DNA of 64,000 nt from contig CBDBMG010000003.1 of the NCBI GenBank assembly GCA_965207375.1, positions 832,001 through 896,000 of the forward strand, given 5' to 3'. The DNA comes from Nitrosopumilaceae archaeon (GTDB taxonomy: Archaea > Thermoproteota > Nitrososphaeria > Nitrososphaerales > Nitrosopumilaceae). The position numbers were made by a program, and so were the translations under genes. Under the pieces are notes generated by a model. It had not been told where the DNA came from, searched no databases, and was given only the letters and a program-made list of their open reading frames with translations. Position 1 is the stretch's first letter. The number at the start of each line of letters is the position of its first letter. Shown in pieces: positions 53,470 to 64,000 of the stretch.

Positions 53470-53900
53470 CCTTTTAACGCCATCCGACTGGCGCACGCCT
53501 GGCTTCTATTTCTTTTATCCAGGAAGTGTGTATGCATGTGTGTGTGTGCGTGCGTGTGTGTGTGCGTGCTCCCAGGCTATGAAAACCATTCACATGAAAT
53601 GAAGCCTGAACAACCAATCAAACAAGTCCTACTGCCTGTCAGTTCTTTATGTGGCCCTTACTATCGATATAACTGATGGGCGTGGCTTTAGTAACAAAGT
53701 GTGTCGTGAGTTACTGTCGAAAAAGAGCAAGCTTAAGGTAATACTATACATATTTGCCATTCAATTCATAACAAAGACATTTACATTACTAACAAGACAA
53801 AGTTAAAAGTGGGCATACTATGCAGGTTGTGAAGCTTATAAAAGAAGGCTACCCTATAGTGTTACAGTAAGAATTTGGCTTTATATGACTTTTTAAAAAA
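53470..53900. repeat. Probable interspersed non-autonomous repeat with (TG)n tract; related reverse fragments near 46110-46230 and 50520-50600
   Basis: gcgcacgcctgg..(tg)n on plus; (ca)n..atttcaRgNaaccagg in the other two sites. Confidence 0.4.
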
Positions 53901-56489
53901 CTAAATACTGGAGTATAATGGTGATTTAAACATAGGAATTAAATTTGTATACATACATTGTTATGTGTGAGTCTGAATTTAATAGCAGTAGATTTACACA
54001 GCACCTGGTTTTTAGATGGTAAAACATCACCTTGCTATGGACAGGCTTATTAGTCTTTAGGAAAATAATCTTCAATATTATAGCAAATTCTAAATAATGC
54101 ACATCATAATAAACTCGTGCATTACTTAGTAATGACTGAACTGTGCAGGTGTTAAGACTAACAACCATTCAGCAGAAAGTAAGCTCCACCTCAGCCTCAT
54201 GCAAATTAACAAAGGATATCTGGCCTTATACGGGGTTTAACTAATACATACATATGTATAAAGCCACACCTCATTTGTATCCAAATCTTCACAACCTTGT
54301 AGCAAAGCAGTAGCAAAGCGGTTGAATATATTGCTCTCCTCCTTACTGACTTCCTGGCTTTTAGGATCACTTGGATCAGCCTCCAAAAGTATTGGTAATA
54401 CAGTTTCTATCATATGCTTCAGCACTCTTGCTTTCATTTCTTTAGCAGATGAGTCATTTAAGCCATAATCAAGCATCTGTTAGATACACATGAAAGAAAT
54501 CAGTAACATACATAGAATTTCTGTTATTTAATGCTCATTAACACCTAGGACTCTTTGCACATATAATGAAATGTAAAAGTTTACCTTGTTTGTAAAGTAG
54601 AGTAAAATTGAACATCCTGTAACAACTCGGGGGTCGGAAATTCCAACAATTTCAAAGAATATAGGATTTAGTAATTGCAGAATTTCTTCACGACCTTCAG
54701 TCTTAAGATCAGTTTCAATCCTTACTACGACACCAGCCATAGAAGAAGCTGCTTTTAAATGGTTGGGTAGTTGTTGAAATGCTGCTGCCTGCATTGAATC
54801 CATAGGTCCTACTTTGGGAAGGTTGAATGGAACTAGCAGTGTGCGTGATGAAATTCTGTAAAATAAAACAGTAATTTTGTACCAAAATATGCACTCAGCA
54901 TATATACATTTACCTTTCATTTTTTCCAAATGTGAAATTACTGCTATAGAGAGGGCACGTTAATGGAAGTAGGCTACCACAAGCCACATTTGCTGAAATT
55001 GTGCCATTGTAGAATGAAACAATTACGTCTGCCACATCAACAGGAAAGCTTGGATCATCTATTCTAAATGGTAAATTTGAAATTGTTGACCTTTGAAGGC
55101 AAAAGGCTTTGCTACATTTCATGTAGTGGTTTTTAGCATTGTCGGCTCCAAAAAGTGACAGCGCTGCATGGATTGAAACTATTTTCCCGGTTGAAACTGG
55201 CCCAGAGACCATTACTTGTGGGCACAATCGAAACAGTTTTATTAGTTCTTGGTAGTGGAAGGTCATTATTCCAGCACCCATCATTAACACACAACTTAAA
55301 AAGTTATACATCAAACAAGTTTCCAATGTGTTTAGTAATGCTGGAAATGATGCAGTAGACAGAGGCAACTCCAAATCACATGTTATTTCTTCCAGTGACA
55401 GCTCCTTTGAGTTGTTTCCTAATAATACAGAATACTTCAGCCACACATAATTGTGTTCAGAGTAACTTATGATGTGGCCATTACTGTTTAAAGCCACCTT
55501 GTCTGAAAAAAACCACACTTTTCCGCAGACTTGTTTGCCTAATGATGAAACTCCCGCTCGTGCTACATAATCTGGTTGGTCCTTATGAAAGCATTGCCGC
55601 TTATAGCTTATGTACTGTGCAAGCTCTTTGTCACTAAATGAACACATCATTCTGCCACTCCCAAAGGTCGAATTTATTTGATTGATGAAATCCAATTTTC
55701 TGTGGACTGCAGCTATTGTAATATTATACTTACATAATGAATGTAAAGGAATATTAAAAATCTTACCTCTTCTCTTGGTCAAATTGCCGTGTAATTTTGC
55801 AACAATATCCGGTTTGTTGTTTTGCTTCAACAAAATCCACTAACTGCATACCAAAGTCTGACTTAGGTAGATATAAATTACCCCTGTATATTCTAAATGA
55901 CGATTCCTTATCACAGAATCTATATGGATTGTCCACTGTGACTTCATCAGGATCAATAAGGCGCACTTCAAGATCACTACTCATATTGATATTACTAAGT
56001 CACTTGCAGAAATGAGCATTTCATTTAAAGTCTCACTGTATATAAATGGCTCTTTGCTTTGATGCTCAGTGTGAAAAATAAATCAAAGACAATATTGATG
56101 ACACCTATTCAACTCAGTGCATCATGAAGTCACACCAATGGTCATGATGCTTTGTAGGTCTCATTTGATGTTAAGTGTACCTAAATGACCTTTACTTTGA
56201 TATGTAGCTAAACTCAAGGCATCATTAACAATTACATAAGGGGAAAGACATTTTATAAAGTAGATATAAGTTTAAGCCAAATGGTAATTCAAAATAGACA
56301 TATGTATCCTTAGAAGAATACGTACGTACATACATACATACACACAATTAAACTTTAAGTAGAAGAATAAAAGGATATTTAACTGAGTTAACCACAGATC
56401 TAGAGTCACTGTATCACTAAACATAGCTACATAGCTACATGTGCAGTAGCCCATAACATGATATTATTTTGCAAGTATTGATTTATGTC

Positions 56490-57958
56490 TCATAAGAACC
56501 ACCAAAACCTTTAGAACCATTAAAACCACTAGAAACAGTAGAACCATCAGAACTGCTAGAACCATTAGAAACACTAGACCCATCAGAACCGTTAGAATCA
56601 TTTTCCACCATTAGAACCATCAGAACCATTAGAACCATCAGAACCGTTAGAACCATTAGAACCACTAGAACCATTAGAACCATTAAAACTATCAGAACCA
56701 CTAGAACCATCAGAACCACTAGAACCATTAGAACCACTAGAACCATCAGAACCAGTAGAACCATCAGAACCATCTGAACTACTAGAACCATCAGAACAAC
56801 TAGAACCATTAGAACCATCAGAACCACTAGAACCATTAGAACTATCAAAACCACTAGAACCATTAGAACCATCAGAACCATTAGAACCATCATAACCATC
56901 AGAACCACTAGAACCATTAGAACTATCAGAACCACTAGAACCATCAGAACCACTAGAACCATTAGAACCATCAAAACCACCAGAACCACTAGAACCATCA
57001 GAACCATTAGAACCATCAGAACCACTAGAACCATTAGAACCACTAGAACCATCAGAACCATAAGAACTACTAGAACCATTAGAACCATCAGAACTACTAG
57101 AACCATCAGAACCACTAGAACCATTATAACCATTAGAACCACTAGAACCATCAGAACCATTAGAACCATCAGAACCATCAGAACCACTAGAACCATTAGA
57201 ACCACCAGAACCATTAGAACCATCAGAACCATCAGAAATATTAGAACCATCAGAACTACTAGAACCATCAGAACCACTAGAACCATTAGAACTATCAGAA
57301 CCACTAGAACCATCAGAACCACTAGAACCATTAGAACCATTAGAACCACTAGAACCATCAGAACCAGTAGAACCATCAGAACCATCTGAACTACTAGAAC
57401 CTTCAGAACCACTAGAACCATTAGAACCATCAGAACCACTAGAACCATTAGAACTATCAAAACCACTAGAACCATTAGAACCATCAGAACCATTAGAACC
57501 ATCAGAACCATCAGAACCACTAGAACCATTAGAACTATCAGAACCACTAGAACCATCAGAACCACTAGAACCATTAGAACCATCAAAACCACCAGAACCA
57601 CTAGAACCATCAGAACCATTAGAACCATCAGAACCACTAGAACCATTAGAACCACTAGAACCATCAGAACCATAAGAACTACTAGAACCATTAGAACCAT
57701 CAGAACTACTAGAACCATCAGAACCACTAGAACCATTATAACCATTAGAACCACTAGAACCATCAGAACCATTAGAACCATCAGAACCACTAGAACCATT
57801 AGAACCACCAGAACCATTAGAACCATCAGAACCATCAGAAACATTAGAACCATCAGAACTACTAGAACCATCAGAACCACTAGAACCATTAGAACCAATA
57901 ACCACTAGAACCATTAGAACCATCAGAACCACTAGAACCATCAGAACCATTAGAACCA
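56490..57958 (-). repeat. 9-bp minisatellite array, right arm (inverted relative to left)
   Basis: agaaccatc / agaaccact / agaaccatt units over ~1.47 kb. Confidence 0.97.
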
Positions 57959-58064
57959 GTAGAACATTCCTCAAGCATTTAATTTATAAATACTGCACTG
58001 GAATAAATGTTATTTACATATATTTATAATTCATATTTTGTGATTCTTATATGGGGAAACAACC

Positions 58065-59025
58065 GTTTGACCACTGCTTTTGCAGCACCTAAAGCCTGTG
58101 CTATAGTGCTGATACTGAATCCTTCCATAATACATTACTGTAGACACTGAGCAGCACAGTTCACACTTTTCCACTGCTTGTCATCTTCTAAAAGACGTCC
58201 TGCCCGTTGAAAATTAGACCCTTGATCGTGAACAATAGCAAATATTTTGTTATCATCAATTTGGTACTCACTAACAACCTCCTTCAACTTCTCCACAATG
58301 TTGTCACCTGTGTGCTGCTCTGGAAACGAATAAGTAGCCAGAGTATAGCTCTTCATTTCCCAACAATCATCAATAAAATGTACAGTCAATGAAATGTAAG
58401 CTTCGTTAGCAAAGCTAGTCCAAATATCTGTTGTCATAGAATACTTTGTTGTATTTTCAGCTAAAACTTTCTTCAATTTTTCCTTCACCATAGCATACTT
58501 CCGACCAACAACATCCATTATGTGGACTGACGATGGAACTACACAGCCAGGCTCTAGGAAAGATAAAAGTCGCTTAAACCCTTCTCCATCAACGACAGCA
58601 GCAGGTCGTAAATCTTTAGTCACCATGAACGCAATTAATTCTATTATCTTTTTACTACGTGCTGGTGTACACTTATGGCGATTAAGGAAAGTATCCATGC
58701 TGGTTTGCTGCTTGTTGCCGCTTCCGACGGTATCGTTCCTTTTATATTTATCTTTGTGATAACGAATCAAATGATCTCTCAGGTTACTTGTTGCTCCGAG
58801 GTAAGAGTATTCATTGTTGCACAATCGGCACAGCATTTTCTTTCTGCCTGTGTCCTTAGTAAAGTAGTCCCACACGTCTGAGCGGTATTTCTTAGGCCTT
58901 AGGCTATCGCTACTATCCACAAAAATACTTTCTGTTTCACTCACTGCAGTCGCTGGGTTATCCTCGCTACTTCTTTCACTCCGAGTTTCGCTCCTAGTCT
59001 CGCTAGAACTTTCGTCAGATTCCAT
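58065..59025 (-). pseudogene. hAT transposase, N-terminal half (BED finger, first two catalytic Asp)
   Basis: SDVWDYF..CRLC..TSNLRDHLIRYH; TTDIWTS; VHDQGSNF; CAAQCLQ. Confidence 0.93.
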
Positions 59026-61623
59026 GTTCACTTTCACCAACAACGGATATTGTTGTACTTTTCCGCATACTATTCTTTCATATAATTCGAAGCACTCAAC
59101 CCACATTCGAAAGTTCGTTCATTCGAACGAATGTTCGAATCCAGCTAAGTTCGTTTGGGCCCTAACTTATACATTATCGTCTATCACTGTAATTGCTTTA
59201 CTGTTTATCATATCGGTACAAATTTCTAGATACCATTGACCTGTTCATGTAGCTGCACTGTTGCTTGTACACTGAGAACGTACAGTGTATAATTATTATT
59301 GCACGTGAAGGACCGCAGGTCATAAGTGGTAAGTGTATACATACCATCTATCATAGCCCCATGGAAGTTGTCTCGCTCTGTTGCAACTCAGATCATTAAA
59401 CTAAATGAATTCTGTAGCATGGACATTCAAGAATCCTGATCCTGATGATTTAAGTATACACGACCATATAGGGAGGAGGTTTTCTTGGGTTCTAGAAACC
59501 CCCTAGAACTTCTGGTTATTCTTGTACCACATCAATGTACAAGAAGTGCAATAGAATTTTGCGGATCAATGATTTCTAATATATAGCAGTCAAAGGCTCT
59601 GTTACAGCAGTCAGCTTTAATATTGAGTGTACTATAAGGCTATACCTATTTGAAAAATATTTTTCTGTATTAAAGTTGGGTTAGTAGGTTGTTATAAGAT
59701 AAAACCAATAAGGTACAAAATAGTTTTTAGTGCAGCCCATGCATAATATTATTTTTACATTGAATTGAGCAATTATTTAGTGGCCGGGTTGCAATACAGT
59801 AACAGTTTCAAATGTATCTGTCCACTCACAGCACAAAATTGCATACAGATAAACAACAGATTTTCCATGAAAACAGGTGCTTGTCACCAATTCTTCGTAA
59901 TATTAATCACATGAATTTCATGTGACTTTTTAGCGCTTATGTAAAGTCAGTCAGTCAGTCAGGTCAGAGCAACAGCTTCAAATAGGCCATAGAGTACTGA
60001 TACCACCACACAAATCGCATCTTTCAGTCATATATATCAACTAAAAATTGTTAACTATATAGCTATTGTATAAATTTGTACCGCAATGTTTAAGTAAGGA
60101 CTAAGGAGAGCCCGATCTCTGGTCTTGCCTTTTTAAAGTCCTGAGTATGCTTGATTGCAAGTTCATTGATGATCCCATCTCTTAACAACTGCTTGGCTAT
60201 CTGGGTTGGTATTAGATGGATGATACATACATGATTAGCTAGCTATATGTAGCTAGTACATGCAGCTATTAGCTACGGCTGCACATGTACATACCTTCAA
60301 ACAAAAAACTCCACAATTGTGACCATCATATGCATTCTGAAGCCGTTTATTCAATTCTGTCACATCAACTTGATTTATATCATCATTGCATATTTCATTC
60401 CACTTCTTCAAGTATCTCCTACTTATAATTAATATCAGCTCACAATGAACTATCTGACTATATAGCTAGCTACGTATATAGTATACAACTTACATTACAG
60501 CAGTAAAAACTCCTTGCGCATAACGAAATGCCCTTGGGCCCAATGAATCGTAAAACCCAAAACTTTGCTTTTCAAGGTCTATAACCTACGTATACAGCTA
60601 CAGCTATAGCTAGCTATAGCTATAACTACATAGAGTTATGCTGTAATGATATGCAGCCATGCAGAAATATTAAGTTGGCCATAGCTACATAAACATATAG
60701 TTAACTAGCTATAATGTACAATTAGAATCCAATGGTTTAGAGAGCAGTCCAGTGAATTAGAGGTTAGAATCCAGTCCAGTGAATAGTGACAGCCCATGCA
60801 TGTAGCACTATATAATAGTTAGCTGCATGTACGTATATGGTTTAGAGAGCTATAACCAATCTATGTATATAGTCAAGATAAAAGTAGCTATTTATACGTA
60901 CGTATATACTTTTGGTCAATTTCAATTTGGCCAATAATATCACTCTTTTACTTTCCCAATGGTAGCATCTCCCCTCCTGCAGTGAGGTGACATTCAAGAA
61001 AACCCTGTCTGTTTCATTTCTTAGTCAATCAAGGTTCCATCTGGGTTTTGATTCTTGTAATACAGCTTGCCTTTTACCAGCTTGTAATTTTTGCAGCTTC
61101 TTCTTAATACAAATTTCTATGATTTTGTGAATCCATCTGGATAAGTTTAGTAGATGTTTGATTGTGGCATAGGATATCATCTACAAAGCAAATGGCGATC
61201 ATAAATGATGTTATGAGCACAGAAAAGATTGCTATACTTTCAAAGCACTTATCAGATTCTTTTTTACCGATGGATAGTAATGAGATTTCACTTTTATCAT
61301 GAACTTGCACTATATGTACATACAATAATAGCATGCATGTAAAATACTACAGCTACTGTGCATATATAACTAACTGCATAATGATACATAACATAGCTAG
61401 TTAGCTACAGATCAAAATTAAGGTCAGGTAACATAATTATATTCCCTGACCTCCGCCTTGTCGTACAAAGACTTTTTTCATTTTTTGCTGTGTACTTGAA
61501 CAGTGAACAAGTTGATTGATGTGCTTCAACAATTCACTCCCACAAAAAAGATCCTTGCACCAAAAACACTTGATTTTTCCTTCATCATTGTCGATATAAA
61601 GTGGCTGTTGCTCATGTAAAATA

Positions 61624-61819
61624 CCGTATAGCGTGAAACTTTGGCGGAGGAAAACTTTGGCGAATTTGCTCCTGCAGTATTTTGGCGAGTAAAACTTTGA
61701 CGAATCAAATCCTCCAATCCTTTTAAATAATTATATTTTTTAAAAATTGGAGGGTTAAATTTTGGCGAGTTTCAAGAATTTGCCAAAGTTTTCCTCCGCC
61801 AAAGTTTTGCGCTATACGG
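61624..61819. mobile_element. 196-bp TA-target MITE
   Basis: Long TIR ccgtatagcg..aaactttggcggaggaaaactttggc.aatt at both ends, TA flanks. Confidence 0.9.
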
Positions 61820-62227
61820 TACCTTCTTCTTCGTCTGCAGAATTCAAAATCCTCTCCAGTTTTCTTTGTTTAACCTGACGAAACCATAACATGCTATATG
61901 TATTAGTTATATCACTATTATGAGTATGATATCTTAGTTATTACGTATATAGCTGCATGAGTCCAAGGCAAATTAAAGTCATTTACATGCTGAAAAACAA
62001 TGATTACTGTCCATGCACAATTACACAAGTCATTGACCTAAACAATGTACTTTTTCTCACGCAGTTACGTGAGGTAATGAGCCACCCAGCCACCACACCG
62101 CGCACACATAGCATATATACATACCATCTATAACACTTACTAAACCAGTATTTTGGGTGATACAGGGCAACCGAGGAAATTGTTAAGGGGCGGGGGCATT
62201 AAAACAAATTAAGTATTATTCTCTGGG

Positions 62228-62540
62228 CAGCACACACATGTGCCACAAAGGTCATACCAGCATGCTGCAAAGGTTATACCAGCACACGCACATGCTGCAA
62301 AGGTCCTATCAGCACACACACGTGCTGCAAAGGTCAAAACAGCACACACACGTACCACTAAGGTCCTACCAGCACACACACGTGCTGCAAAGGTCATACC
62401 AGCACACACACACGTGCTGTAAAGGTCATACCAGCACACACACGTGCTGCAAGGGTCATACCAGCGCACACATGTGCCGCAAAGGTCCTACCAGCACATA
62501 CATGTGCTGCAAAGGTCAAAACAGCACACACACGTGCCAT
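62228..62540. repeat. ~30-bp minisatellite (~10 copies)
   Basis: ccagcacacacacgtgctgcaaaggtcata and variants. Confidence 0.93.
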
Positions 62541-62719
62541 TTTAGAAATCTACAGACGAACACGTAACACATGACATGAGTGGTATGTTATTTTCCTCTC
62601 TTTAAACTTTGAACCCGGTGTTGACTCCAGCTATTCTATTGTCAGAAGGTCCGAATGAGCCAGTTTCATTTCAGAGGACATTTACAGTGCGTCCTACTGT
62701 GTAGTGCAATAGCTACGCT

Positions 62720-63100
62720 TAATGCTTATCTTTCTAATATTTGAGGATATCATCAGGGATTCCCTGAATTAACTGAGTACCAGCTTGCTGCTGTTGCTCC
62801 CAGACTTTATCGCACCTCTCTTGTCAGTGAACCATTGCAGATGTGGAATACGTATGTCACTGCTGCTCGTCATGACCACTCTCGCCACGGCGGTGGAGTT
62901 CTGTTATTGCATAGAGATAATTTACTGATGAATTCTGTTGATTGTGAGATGTATTATATGTCTGGGACCTCAGATGTGCTTTATCAAGAAACAATGATTT
63001 TGTCCATAAATTACATCGACAATCCAGTGTGTTTGATATGACTCTAATTGATAATAAACCCAAACCGAGTGGATAAAATGTAGGGGGAAATGTGTCGATA
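62720..63100 (+). pseudogene. LINE APE endonuclease N-terminal fragment
   Basis: YVTAARHDHSRHGGGVLLLHRD (RxDR..GGGV motif), YRQ relic. Confidence 0.6.
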
Positions 63101-63164
63101 TAATTGTGAGTAAATAACTCGCTCGAATACCATGGCCAATGTAGGGAGCACAGCGATCGGGCGA

Positions 63165-64000
63165 CAAAATCGTGGGTCAGTGACAGAGCCTTTACATTAG
63201 TAAACAGGGGTGATATGAGAGACCTTTCATGCAAGTGGAAACTCCCTAGCTCTACACACACAATGAAACAATAAATACACTGAATAACAAAGTTTATCAC
63301 AACAGTACTTCAAAATATTAAACACCATCTGAAGCTTTCTTCACATCAAGAGAACTTAACACACTGCGTACCTTAGAAAGTTTCACCCACCAAGATATTT
63401 TGCAAGTTACATTAGACACTTAGTAGACAAAGTAGGATCTAAATCAGCAGACAGTGATGCCTTGCTCACAAAATAAGAAGCAAGACTGTCAACATCAGGG
63501 GCAAATCAGATTTACATAGTCCGCTAATATTCTTAGTAAGATTCCACCATATACGATCATTAGTTCCTGACTGCAGTTTAGTGAGAAGAGATCTTCGATG
63601 ATGATGAAGGGCAATAGCTTGGGCCCGCTTAGCTGGAATCACAGAAGTACTTACAATAAGCTGGCCAATCATGCCTAGCCTGCAGTTTTTGTTTGTAGGC
63701 ACGTTGGCAAAAACAATTCCAGGATGTTTAACAATAGATACGGTGGAGGACACCTAATGATCACGAACTTTTTTAAGAATTTTAACAAGGGCATCAACAA
63801 CATCAGAGATAGGCTCAGACTTCAACATGTCCCATTGGGCTCGATGAAAGTAACCATTGATATGATTCCATGGAGCAGAGTTCCAATGATATACGTACCC
63901 TTCTAGAAGGTAATGGAGATGGCATATGTAAATTTCACATTAAAATAGCAATAATTTATGATCACTAGCCCCCAAATATGGATGATAGGAAACAGTTCCA
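63165..64000 (-). pseudogene. LINE (CR1/L2-like) ORF2 fragment: endonuclease end to pre-RT region
   Basis: YLGASDH near 63960; DRIWWNLTKNISG; VKLSKVRSVLSSLDVKKA; EFPLA*KVSHITPVY. Confidence 0.75.

Larger units (their letters stand above)
49790..55984 (-). pseudogene. Multi-exon gene with P-loop NTPase (DUF927/AAA+ helicase-like) core and probable repetitive 3' exons
   Basis: VMVSGPVSTGK Walker A, LPFRIDDP Walker B-like, SSRTLLVPF; ~50-bp GT-AG introns at ~54860-54913 and ~54481-54585; linkage to exons at 49790-51840 is inferred. Confidence 0.55.
44494..58064. mobile_element. 13.6-kb Foldback-like (MULE-related) transposon with modular long TIRs
   Basis: ~105-bp near-perfect outer TIR starting ggttgtttccccatataagaatcac, followed by inverted 9-bp arrays; perfect 8-bp TSD GTTTGACC (44486-44493, 58065-58072). 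Confidence 0.95.
43364..59164 (-). mobile_element. hAT (ZBED1/4-like) transposon of ~2.2 kb, expanded by a nested 13.6-kb insertion
   Basis: TIR tagggcccaaacgaa at both ends; perfect 8-bp TSD ACTTATAC (43356-43363, 59165-59172). Confidence 0.95.

Noticed and set aside
56483-57974. 471-aa and 458-aa repeat ORFs (DSPP/silk-like appearance)
   Set aside because: Same minisatellite in inverted orientation; no signal peptide or unique coding context.
62209-62567. Cys/His-rich ORFs resembling zinc fingers
   Set aside because: Translations of a 30-bp minisatellite in several frames.

Overview
AT-rich eukaryotic DNA with very short (~50 bp) GT-AG introns, probably from an invertebrate such as a sponge (inference only). 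The window is almost entirely nested, mostly decayed transposable elements, and no intact housekeeping gene is evident. Elements with readable ends: two hAT elements with perfect 8-bp TSDs (812-3094 and 43364-59164); a 5.4-kb TIR element with a TTA TSD encoding a Zator/TP36-like DDE-PHD transposase plus a second gene with an NAB NCD2-like domain (19408-24796); and a 13.6-kb Foldback-like element with ~1.5-kb inverted 9-bp minisatellite arms and an 8-bp TSD, carrying a MULE-like transposase-OTU-CXC gene and an intron-containing P-loop NTPase gene (44494-58064). Also present are a RAG1/Transib-like transposase lying tail-to-tail with a chromo-barrel/Tudor gene, two P-element-like transposases (one with a convergent partner gene), Gypsy, Helitron, Ginger-like, pogo-like, SWIM-YqaJ and LINE relics, many MITEs, several minisatellites and a perfect 156-bp palindrome. 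Family and domain calls come from motifs recognised by eye, with no database search; boundaries of decayed genes are approximate.
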